From: a virus
Direction: 5' to 3' (one strand)
Virus record (IMG/VR): IMGVR_UViG_3300025648_000013
Length of the DNA: 64,000 nt
Shown: positions 56,001 to 64,000 of the stretch, piece by piece
Layout of the letters: every line of letters starts with the position of its first letter
Numbering within the stretch: position 1 is the first letter of the stretch
Made by a program: the position numbers and the translations under genes
Notes under the pieces: generated by a model
Told to the model about the DNA's origin: nothing
What the model saw: only the letters and a program-made list of their open reading frames with translations
Databases searched by the model: none

Positions 56001-56175
56001 TCAGACATTTTCTTATGAGATTAAATCATCACTCGACTCAAGTCATTATGAACAAATGGTAGAAGATGTTGTTCACATGGCAGGAACTAAGTTGTTTGGT
56101 GCTGTTGTGAAATCAAGTACAATATCCAAGCAAGTGGAAATATCTAACGCTAACACTGGTCCGACTACACATTAG
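53011..56175 (+). CDS. baseplate wedge initiator (gp7-like)
   Basis: QFP.F...F..AYYEW, Y..KG, LQD..YYQ.FSY.IKS...H.AG; TTG start. Confidence 0.75.
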   Translation: MSQVEQTISNLIPSQFPSFYNEQGPNLIAFIQAYYEWMEQSYDVVQLTVIDSTTQFANNEVVYQSDSTSNIISSGTVVSISGSTITVKNISGTFLSNTQIYGAASGAVGSVAVAGAPVLLGNPIYMARQLMSYADVDTTLDDFLVYFTDTYLSGIQYTSLADKRLTVKKVLDLYRAKGNIRGLKLLFNLVFGEDITVYLPGEDIFTTSSGTWIVPQYLEVTASPRNASFVGKTVTGVSSGATAFVDHIVKRKIGAQLINLFYITNVSEKNFQTGELLSYDNDLTNVPFVLGSLSELIVQEGGYGFNVGDIVPLNGQFGAQGTGRVTGISDVTGIVSFIRNNGGWGYANNANILISNTVIGLSNVHTTLPTSQAPFEKFSNVTFVNPSNLSANLYANSFAYGANAAVAVYGVTGSFTTGEKVTTSDDITANVITYSSNTLVVTGLSNSYFGTGVTVTGQTSGATATVNNFTTEIGVIGLTGALTNAYTYVVANYPRYLTVTSNTAAFVPGELIYQSNGSANVATGILLAANSSQLTLNVSNGAFVTTYQVEGNVSSANAVISAVSAAQNVSANIISISTGTYANMVLGVINSSETIFDYADMIDGYNSNGQLYLSLSLNAISYGFPKFPSANLTVGYLNDILSFSVLQVGEIESILQTNPGENYNHSPYVEIYQPYVAALNKQDYVITIANPNGSFLLNEEVTQNVATNNAITVNLTTKPSFTAGESVYQVNSTPAGTYLANSVSSILLANTGAPNFTSTFAANNYILIGGKDLRFVTSVINSTALQLASAPSTENVASSVSILSSIGVVSNIPQANILYVSSPINTANVSNTTTFVASQNVFGLTSLATSNVSSVGLTSYGTAIGKVLSVNNNVMSVRRWSVNQDFSVTGNNIVGVQSGTSANVVYVAANTISSYAGDNANVTANVVTETGTVTSLAVQTSGIGYVNAETVTFSSNDGTRTGTAIVNLGKQGVGVGFYTSTKGFLSADKYLQDGEYYQTFSYEIKSSLDSSHYEQMVEDVVHMAGTKLFGAVVKSSTISKQVEISNANTGPTTH

Positions 56176-56183
56176 GATTAATA

Positions 56184-58052
56184 ATGGGAACTACTACTCA
56201 ACTACTCACAAACAAATATAGACTTCAGAATGCTCAGGCGTTTGTTAACTCTGTGTCTTCTGGATATTATGTATTTGCGGGTCAAGCTGGCACATGGACA
56301 AATGGTGTTCCTACACTATACGATAATCCAAACACGACCGAGTTTACTGCATACAACACAATGCTGTTTGGTAAAGCATTGAACTCCTCAGATGCTTCAT
56401 TGATGATTAGTGGTGTTGCATGGGGCCATGGCTCAGTTTATGCAATGTATGATGACCAGAATACAAATCTTATTAATGAAAACTTTTATGTATACACATC
56501 AATAGGCACACCAGCGACTTATTATTATGTCTGGAAGTGTCTATACAACAATAACGGTGCAGCATCTACAGCACAGCCACTATACAGCGATACGATTGCT
56601 GGTGATCCATATTATGAAACATCTGATGGATATCAGTGGAAATATATGTACAAGTTCCCCGCTTCGTTGTATAATACTTTTGCTACTGGCGGATATATTC
56701 CAGTTTTACCTGATGCCAACGTAACAAGCAATGCAGTTTCTGGTGCAATCGACGTTATTGTTCCTGTTGATGGAAATAATAATATCACAGCAACAACTGG
56801 CTCTGGATACAACAACTATTACAACAACACTTTCTCTGCATCATCAATCACGAATACCACATATCCTTTAGTTGTTCTTCCACCAGACGCATCAAGTATA
56901 AATGAATATTATGATGGTTGCTATCTATATGTGACTTCTGGTGTTGGTGCAGGGCAATATAAGCAGATCACCAGTCACTACTCAAACACAAGTGGCACAT
57001 ATTTAACTTTGGCGTCACAGTTTGCGAACACACCAACCAATGGTTCTCAGTATCTTATTGCACCTGCTGTCACGATTCTGAATAGCAGCGATGCAAATAC
57101 GGCTGCGGCTGCAATCGCGCTTGTCAATGCTGCGGCTGGTAATAGCATTTATCAGATCCAAGTCCTAAATCGTGGTACTGGTGTATATGCGGCTGGAGCT
57201 TATGTGAATGTCTCTCCTGCTGTTGGTGTGTCAAACACTGCAACCATTCGCGTTATCGCTGGTCCTGAAGGTGGGCACGGTGCTAATGTAGCAGCCGAGT
57301 TGTTTTGCAATACAGTTGGCCTAAGCATCACTTTTGCAAACTCAGAAAGTAATACAATCCCAACGGTAAGCGATTATCAGTCTATTGGTATTATTCGCAA
57401 TCCACTATTCTCTAATGTTACGTTTACTGTTTCTGGAAATACAGGATTATTTACTGTAGGTGAGACAGTCACACAAACAATCGGTAATACCGTTTCCACT
57501 GGTATTGTCACAGATGCTTCGCCATTAGAAATCACCAATGCAAGTTCTACATGGGCAGTGTCAACAAATAGTTCTTCTGGTCTGATCCACGGCACAACTT
57601 CAAATACATATGCTCAGATTACAGCATTTACTATTAGTGGCAAAACAAAACCATTTACCACATTCACACAGTTCTATCAATATAGTGGATATTATACCAC
57701 AAGCACTTTTAGTTCTGGTCAATCTGTTTATCAGGGCAATCCAACGGTAAACTCTATTGCTAACTCGACAAGTCAACTTGTGGCAAATGCGATCTATTAC
57801 GCAGGTAATACAACATTAGTATATGTTACAGATAAGTTTGGTCCAATCTATTCGAGCAATACGATCAACTCATTCTCTGTGGCCGCTAATGGCACTGTCA
57901 CATCACAAGACACTCAATCATTCACTATAAATACAGTAACACCACCAGATTTGGTACCAGAAAGCGGCGATGTTCTTTATATTGAAAACTTTACGGCGAT
58001 CAATAGAGCAAATACACAATCTGAGACCATTCAGTTGCTTCTAAACTACTGA
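56184..58052 (+). CDS. gp8: baseplate wedge subunit
   Basis: VWKCLYNN, DGYQWKYMY, GGHG, SGDVLYIEN...I.R...Q.E. Confidence 0.85.
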   Translation: MGTTTQLLTNKYRLQNAQAFVNSVSSGYYVFAGQAGTWTNGVPTLYDNPNTTEFTAYNTMLFGKALNSSDASLMISGVAWGHGSVYAMYDDQNTNLINENFYVYTSIGTPATYYYVWKCLYNNNGAASTAQPLYSDTIAGDPYYETSDGYQWKYMYKFPASLYNTFATGGYIPVLPDANVTSNAVSGAIDVIVPVDGNNNITATTGSGYNNYYNNTFSASSITNTTYPLVVLPPDASSINEYYDGCYLYVTSGVGAGQYKQITSHYSNTSGTYLTLASQFANTPTNGSQYLIAPAVTILNSSDANTAAAAIALVNAAAGNSIYQIQVLNRGTGVYAAGAYVNVSPAVGVSNTATIRVIAGPEGGHGANVAAELFCNTVGLSITFANSESNTIPTVSDYQSIGIIRNPLFSNVTFTVSGNTGLFTVGETVTQTIGNTVSTGIVTDASPLEITNASSTWAVSTNSSSGLIHGTTSNTYAQITAFTISGKTKPFTTFTQFYQYSGYYTTSTFSSGQSVYQGNPTVNSIANSTSQLVANAIYYAGNTTLVYVTDKFGPIYSSNTINSFSVAANGTVTSQDTQSFTINTVTPPDLVPESGDVLYIENFTAINRANTQSETIQLLLNY

Positions 58053-58060
58053 GGATTATA

Positions 58061-61000
58061 ATGCCAATCAATACTGATCTTTCCGTATCACCATATTTTG
58101 ACGATTATGTCGCAAACGAACAGAACTATTATCAGGTTCTATTCAAGCCAAGTGTGGCGGTACAAACTCGTGAACTTAACGTTCTTCAGAGTATTGTTCA
58201 GAATCAGATTGAACAGTTTGGTGACAACATCTTTGATAGAGGTACTATCGTCAAGGGATGTAACTTCCAATACTTTACCAGTTATCCTTATGTAAAGATC
58301 AATGACATTACTGTCGCTGGTGGAAAAGCTTTAGTTAATAACTATGTTGGTTTATTCGCCACCAGTTCTTCGACTAATCTAACGTCATATATCGTCGGTT
58401 CAAATACTGGTTATCTATCACAAGCACCATTTCTTAATACGTTGTTTGTCAACTATACGAACTCTGGTGCAAATAACAACCAGACTGCATATTTGCAGAA
58501 TGATATTCTAACACTCACAGACGCAAACGTTTCGATCTTCGCGGTCAATGTTCCTGTTGGTGGTGTCGCTGCTGGTATTTCTAACTCAGATTCTGTTGTG
58601 TTCTTGTCAGCTATTGCCGTACAGAACTCAGCATCACTTGGTAGTGGCCAAGCACTTGTTGGTAATACTGTTTACACAGGAACTTATCCAGGTACAGTTC
58701 GCGCAACTGTTGTTGGCGTAAATACAACTGCGATTGCAAATACGATTGTCCTCAATCTTGCACCATTCTCAAACAGTTCATCATACGATATCTCAAATAC
58801 TTCTGTAACTGCAAGTGCATGGACATTCGCAAATAGTGCAGCGATCAAGATTGGTAACTCATCAGTAACAGTTGATCCTTCTGCCACGATTACTGGTATT
58901 ATTGGTTCTGGTGCAAATGCCGTTGTATCTACTTCGGCTACAGGTCAAATCCTTTCTGCTTCGGTGGTAACTCAAGGTAAGGGATATGTCATTCCTCCTT
59001 ATGTTACAGTCAAGACTGCAAATGGTACTGCTACTGTCGCGCAGATCGCAGGCAACACATCGCTTCTTACTGCACAGAACTATGCCGCGCAGGTTACTGT
59101 TGCAAACACTGCAACATCTGGTAGCACTGGACCAGTTGGCTTTGGATATGCGTTCTCCGTCTCTGGTGGCGTGATCTATCAGAAAGGGTACTTCGTTAAC
59201 GTTGCACCGCAATCTGTTGTGGTATCAAGCTACAGTCAATATCCTGATCAAGTTGTTGTCGGATTTAATACAGCCGAAACAATCATCAATAGTAATATTG
59301 ATGAAACTCTGCTTGATAATGCAACAGGTCAACCAAACTTCGCTGCACCAGGTGCTGATCGTCTTCAGTTAACACCAACACTCGTTGTCATCAATGCGGC
59401 TTCTGCTTCAGCGAACACACTATTCTTCCCAATCACTGCATTCTCGAATGGTCAGCCATATCTACAGAATCAGCAAACAATCTACAGCGCCATTGGTGAC
59501 AATATTGCATCTAGATCGTTTGACACAAATGGCAACTTCTTGATTGATCCATTTACATTTGCTTCAACTGTAACTGCACTAGACAGTTCAACGAACTCAA
59601 CTTCACAATCACAGAAATTCAATCTTGTTGTTGATCCAGGCGAAGCATACATTTCTGGTTATAAAGTCCAGACGTATTCAAGCTTCTTTCTACAAGCCAA
59701 CCAAGGTACAAATACTGTAACATCGAACGCACTATTCACCACATTGAACTATGGCAACTACATCAATATTCAACAGATTGGTGGTATGTTTGCATTCAAT
59801 ACTGGTGACTACGTAACACTATACGATACTGCAAAGACATTCCTTTCAAACAATGCTGCTTATTCATCAGGTAATACAACACCAGTTGGTAACGCAATCG
59901 GTACAGCGCGTATTCGTTCGCTAGTGCCACAGTCTGGAACACCAGGCAGCCCAAGCTATGTTGCTTCGCTATATCTTTATGATATCGATCTATATCCTGG
60001 CAAGAACATTCTAAACGCACAATCTGTTTATTATAACAATGGTATCAACCAGGGTATTGCTGATATTGTTCTCGTAAGCAATCCAACAATAAGTTCAACG
60101 AACGTTGCGATTCTTTCATCAGCCACTAACTCGACAATGCTATTCCCAGTTGGCGCAAATAACGTTTTAAGCACTGCGAACCACTCGTTCAACTATCAAG
60201 GCTTGTTCTCAACAGGAATATCTAACGTTGCTGTTAACGCTGCTTCGGGTGTTATCACGCTTCAGCTTGGTGCTGGAGAAATCTTCCCATACGGTAATGG
60301 TGCAACACTATCAAACAATCAGATGCTAGAACTAAGTCTAGTATTCACTGGTTCGAATGCACAGGCAAATGCTAACGTAAGTTCATTGACTTTGATTACC
60401 AGCACATCTAACACAATCGTTACGGTAAATGCTGGATCTACATCATCACTTTATGCTGGCGAGTATCTCAAAATCTACTCAAATACTGGTGGAGAAATCA
60501 AGAGAGTTGCAACCGCTAATGCTAGTGGTGGTGCAATCACTGTTGATACATTCCCAGCAAATGCAAACACTTCTGCAAACGTTGTGGTGTTCTATCCAAA
60601 GAACGTACCAGTGGCTTTGCCTACTGGTTCAGTCACAGTATCAGCGAATGGTTCAAAACTCTCCATCAACCTTGGAGCAGCGATTAACACCACATCATCA
60701 AACGTATCTATTGTTACACCAGTATATGCCACTGGCCAGTCAGTCACACAAAAGACACCAAATCGTGATACCACTGTAGCAATCAACGTTGCAAATGCTG
60801 TCAACTCAAATACTGGTCCATGGGCACTAGGCTTCCCAGACATCTTCCGTATGAAGAAAGTCTATAAAGCACCTGCTTCGAGTGTTATTTCTGGTAGCAC
60901 AGTTGTTACAGCAAACGTAGCAAACTCTGCATCTATTCCTTCAACTTGGATTGATGTCACAACAAACTTCTATGTTGACCACAAACAAAATCCAGACTTC

Positions 61001-62812
61001 TACGATATGGGGTATCTACATTTAACTCCAACGTCACAGCTTGCAATCAATACAACAGATGCATTGGTAGTACAGTTTGACCACTTCACTGAAACTGGTG
61101 GTGGCTTCTATACACGTAGTTCATATCCCGTAAATGATGCTCAACCATATGCAAACATTACAGCAACTTCAAGTGGTTATATCAACACTCTTGAAATCTC
61201 TGAGATGTATGACAGTCAGGGCAACTACTACGATCTAATCGATTATGTTGACTTCCGTCCAAGTATTGCAAATACTGCTAGTATTACAGTAGCTAATACT
61301 GCCAAGTCAACAATCAATCCTATCGACTACGGTGCATTGACTACACAGATTCTAACTGGTACATTGACAAGCGGCAACGTAACAGTCAATGCTATCTCAA
61401 ATACATCTGTAATCACCGTCGGTACTTCAGTATTCGCAACCAACTTTGGCATTCCAGTTGATGCGACTGTTGTATCTATTGTCAACTCTACTGCGATTAA
61501 TATTTCTTCAGCCGCGACTTCAAGTGGTTCAGCAAATCTAATCTTCAGTGGTGAAGTTGTCAAGTTCGGTACAGAACCACTTAGCACTTCGTATCAGTTC
61601 CCAACACCAGGTACCGCACACTCTGCAAACCTTGTGAACTATCAGGGTCGCGTTGATCGTCTAGTAGTTGATACAAAGGCAAATATCGTTTCTATTCCTG
61701 GCACACCTGGTTCAACTAAGTTGGTACCACCTGCTGAGCCAGCGAATACGATGACAATCAATCTAGTATTCGTTCCACCATATCCTTCTGTACCACAGAA
61801 GCTAGATCAGAACTATACAAATATTATTGATAAGCATGTTGCTAACGAAATCTATTCATTTGCTCGTGTTGCAAATCACACGATTTCTGTGCCAACATCT
61901 TCTACAACAAATACACAAATCAGTCAGCCACTTGTTTATACTATGTCTGATATCAATAGCCTTGCGAATCGTATTGCTGCACTAGAACAGCAAGCAAGTC
62001 TATCTGCACTAGAACAGAGCGTAAGCGGTCTAGCGATTCCATCATCAATCAATGGTGCTATCAATCGCTTCAAGTATGGCTTCTTCGCTGATACATTCCA
62101 GAGCAACAACTACACCGATGTGAACAATCCACAGAACACAACAATGATTGTTAACAACGAAGTAGTTGCAACTGTATCTTCTTACAATGTAGGCTTTAAC
62201 TTTGATACTGCCGATGACACACAATCTGGTGTTACTGGTTCACTATTGACGCTTCCATATAGTTCTGTGCCACTATTTCAACAGTTGGTTGCAACTAACT
62301 CTACTGCATATGTTCCACCACCAGTGACATATACAGGCACAATGTCAGTATCACCAGCAACATTTACCATTCTAACAAACGTACAGTCAACACTAGGCAC
62401 GACATATTCTTCACTAGGATATCCATCAACTGGTTGGTACTTGTGTAGTGCAAGTGGTATGGATCTAAGTGACTGGGGTTCATTCTTGCGTTCATATGCA
62501 ATCTGGATCGGTTCTGGTTATGATATTACAACAAATGTTTTCGAAACTGTTGTGAACTTCCCAACAACTGGTACATATTCATTCCAGTTTGCGGCAGATG
62601 ATACGGGCAGCGTTACACTCGACTCAACTGTTCTGATATCAGGCGTTTCGTATAACACTATACAAACCGCATCACATTCAGTTTCCGCTGGTCAGCATAC
62701 TATCATTATGTCAATCACAAATACTCTTCCAGATGCTGCTGGTGGTGCATTGGTAATATATAATCCAAACGGCACAATCTTGTGGTCATCAGCACAAGCA
62801 GTAGGAACATAA
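58061..62812 (+). CDS. VrlC/DUF4815-like large virion protein with C-terminal PA14-like domain
   Basis: PYFDDY...VLFKP...VQ.REL..LQ, APGADR, DFRP, RFK.GFF.D.F; terminal AADD motif. Confidence 0.75.
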   Translation: MPINTDLSVSPYFDDYVANEQNYYQVLFKPSVAVQTRELNVLQSIVQNQIEQFGDNIFDRGTIVKGCNFQYFTSYPYVKINDITVAGGKALVNNYVGLFATSSSTNLTSYIVGSNTGYLSQAPFLNTLFVNYTNSGANNNQTAYLQNDILTLTDANVSIFAVNVPVGGVAAGISNSDSVVFLSAIAVQNSASLGSGQALVGNTVYTGTYPGTVRATVVGVNTTAIANTIVLNLAPFSNSSSYDISNTSVTASAWTFANSAAIKIGNSSVTVDPSATITGIIGSGANAVVSTSATGQILSASVVTQGKGYVIPPYVTVKTANGTATVAQIAGNTSLLTAQNYAAQVTVANTATSGSTGPVGFGYAFSVSGGVIYQKGYFVNVAPQSVVVSSYSQYPDQVVVGFNTAETIINSNIDETLLDNATGQPNFAAPGADRLQLTPTLVVINAASASANTLFFPITAFSNGQPYLQNQQTIYSAIGDNIASRSFDTNGNFLIDPFTFASTVTALDSSTNSTSQSQKFNLVVDPGEAYISGYKVQTYSSFFLQANQGTNTVTSNALFTTLNYGNYINIQQIGGMFAFNTGDYVTLYDTAKTFLSNNAAYSSGNTTPVGNAIGTARIRSLVPQSGTPGSPSYVASLYLYDIDLYPGKNILNAQSVYYNNGINQGIADIVLVSNPTISSTNVAILSSATNSTMLFPVGANNVLSTANHSFNYQGLFSTGISNVAVNAASGVITLQLGAGEIFPYGNGATLSNNQMLELSLVFTGSNAQANANVSSLTLITSTSNTIVTVNAGSTSSLYAGEYLKIYSNTGGEIKRVATANASGGAITVDTFPANANTSANVVVFYPKNVPVALPTGSVTVSANGSKLSINLGAAINTTSSNVSIVTPVYATGQSVTQKTPNRDTTVAINVANAVNSNTGPWALGFPDIFRMKKVYKAPASSVISGSTVVTANVANSASIPSTWIDVTTNFYVDHKQNPDFYDMGYLHLTPTSQLAINTTDALVVQFDHFTETGGGFYTRSSYPVNDAQPYANITATSSGYINTLEISEMYDSQGNYYDLIDYVDFRPSIANTASITVANTAKSTINPIDYGALTTQILTGTLTSGNVTVNAISNTSVITVGTSVFATNFGIPVDATVVSIVNSTAINISSAATSSGSANLIFSGEVVKFGTEPLSTSYQFPTPGTAHSANLVNYQGRVDRLVVDTKANIVSIPGTPGSTKLVPPAEPANTMTINLVFVPPYPSVPQKLDQNYTNIIDKHVANEIYSFARVANHTISVPTSSTTNTQISQPLVYTMSDINSLANRIAALEQQASLSALEQSVSGLAIPSSINGAINRFKYGFFADTFQSNNYTDVNNPQNTTMIVNNEVVATVSSYNVGFNFDTADDTQSGVTGSLLTLPYSSVPLFQQLVATNSTAYVPPPVTYTGTMSVSPATFTILTNVQSTLGTTYSSLGYPSTGWYLCSASGMDLSDWGSFLRSYAIWIGSGYDITTNVFETVVNFPTTGTYSFQFAADDTGSVTLDSTVLISGVSYNTIQTASHSVSAGQHTIIMSITNTLPDAAGGALVIYNPNGTILWSSAQAVGT

Positions 62813-62814
62813 TA

Positions 62815-63372
62815 ATGGCAGGTTCTATTTACACGATAACTAATGGTATTGTAGGTCTACCAAACGGTTACACAAACTTGTCTGTACCACAAGGTTCTAT
62901 TATAACTCCACCAACTATTGGTCCAGATACACCACTCACAACACCACTCGGTGTAACTATTGCTGTAGAACAACTTGCTCGTGCCAGCAACTATACCGCA
63001 TCAAATCAAGCATTCAATCTTTCTGCTACTGGATTGAAGCCAAACACTATTCATACATTCACATTCAACGGAACAGATGTTTCTTCTATGTGTCAGCCAA
63101 CTGGTTGGGATCTGGGTGGTCAGTTAATCACAAATGCTAATGGTGCAATCTCTTTCACTTATTTCTACAACTCAGGCATTTCAACTGGGACTAACGTGAC
63201 CGCCACACAATCATTGATAAATAATCTGATTGGTAATAAGATAGGATTGTTGAGTAGTGCAGATGGTACATCAACTGCTCAGGTGACAATCACTATTGCA
63301 CAACCAACACCCCAAACAATACCTCTGATAATAAATTCATATTGGTATACAACTTGGGGACTAGACCTCTGA
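62815..63372 (+). CDS. virion protein (VrlC middle-domain-like)
   Basis: GLKPNT.H...F.G.DVS...L.T...G motif. Confidence 0.6.
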   Translation: MAGSIYTITNGIVGLPNGYTNLSVPQGSIITPPTIGPDTPLTTPLGVTIAVEQLARASNYTASNQAFNLSATGLKPNTIHTFTFNGTDVSSMCQPTGWDLGGQLITNANGAISFTYFYNSGISTGTNVTATQSLINNLIGNKIGLLSSADGTSTAQVTITIAQPTPQTIPLIINSYWYTTWGLDL

Positions 63373-63408
63373 TAATAAATTCATATTGGTATACAACTTG
63401 GGGACTAG
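63321..63408 (+). repeat. perfect 44-bp tandem duplication
   Basis: ACCTCTGATAATAAATTCATATTGGTATACAACTTGGGGACTAG at 63321-63364 and 63365-63408. Confidence 0.95.
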
Positions 63409-63450
63409 GATATGATCTGTTCGCTTAATATTTAATCTGATAGGGCTATA

Positions 63451-64000
63451 ATGTACATTAACTCGCAAACATTTTATTTGGATCCAAACTCAGTTAATCA
63501 GAGTGCTACGGTATTTCTGACAAGCATTGATTTGTATTTCCAAGAACAACCTAGTGCTACAAACAATGCGTCTGGGATCAATAATCCTACAGTAACGATT
63601 AGTGTTTCGCCTACAGATACAACTGGAGCGCCGCAATATACATCTATTCTTTCTGGTTCTATTGTCAATCTTCCATATGCATCTATCAATGTAGATCCTA
63701 ATGCTACCACTAAAACAACATTTACTTTTGCATCTCCTCTTCAGTTAGACACAGGAAAAACATATGCGATCAACGTTCAAGCGGATGACCCTGCATATGT
63801 TTTATGGACCGCACAAGTAGGTGATGATATCGTAGGTGCTGCACAGAATACGGGATTTACTGGATTTGCTGGAGGTACACCAGGGCAACTATTTGATTAC
63901 GGCAATAGTGGCAACATTACTCCTGTCAATAATGCACAGTTGAAGTATGGTGTTAGTGTTGCACAGTTTAGTTCAAATAACGCGACATATCAACTTGTCA
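63451..64000 (+). CDS. virion protein (VrlC C-terminal-domain-like), runs off the window
   Basis: Translated by hand: MYINSQTFYLD...FLTSIDLYF...TTFTFASP..L...YAI. Confidence 0.7.
   Translation, partial: MYINSQTFYLDPNSVNQSATVFLTSIDLYFQEQPSATNNASGINNPTVTISVSPTDTTGAPQYTSILSGSIVNLPYASINVDPNATTKTTFTFASPLQLDTGKTYAINVQADDPAYVLWTAQVGDDIVGAAQNTGFTGFAGGTPGQLFDYGNSGNITPVNNAQLKYGVSVAQFSSNNATYQLV

Noticed and set aside
63321-63408. CRISPR array or DGR template/variable repeat
   Set aside because: Only two abutting identical copies, with no spacers, no adenine-specific mismatches, and no cas or reverse transcriptase gene in the window.
1-64000. Alternative genetic code or stop-codon reassignment
   Set aside because: Core genes are full length in the standard code and TAA, TGA and TAG all serve as stops. 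The tRNA with a TGA anticodon is Ser, not a suppressor.

Overview
About 64 kb of a large T4-like myophage genome. The host is probably an alphaproteobacterium: there is a circularly permuted two-piece tmRNA with an ANDN-type tag, a Sphingomonad-style outer-membrane protein, and GANTC-containing sigma70 promoters. Left to right: a pyrimidine-dimer glycosylase-like gene; a late block of probable head-packaged internal proteins (including SOD and Dps) and fibre proteins; spanins; primase; ThyX; class Ia ribonucleotide reductase; a GNAT / aminoacyl-protein-transferase cluster; early accessory genes; tmRNA; gp33, gp32 and tRNA-Ser; then the baseplate/tail block (tape measure, gp51, gp26, gp54-like, gp2, gp4, gp48, gp53, hub, gp5, gp25, gp6, gp7, gp8, VrlC-like). 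The most striking theme is intron-less homing-endonuclease elements that invade conserved genes and repair them in different ways: a split intein (nrdA), replacement 3' ends (glycosylase, thyX, nrdB, probably dps), and an inverted gp4-derived fusion nuclease. Top hypothesis: the nrdB element installs a C-terminus with Gln at both conserved Glu positions (E350/E352 equivalents) and encodes a Cys-His-Asp deamidase-like domain that could convert them back to Glu after translation. All family assignments come from motif recognition by eye; no database searches were run.
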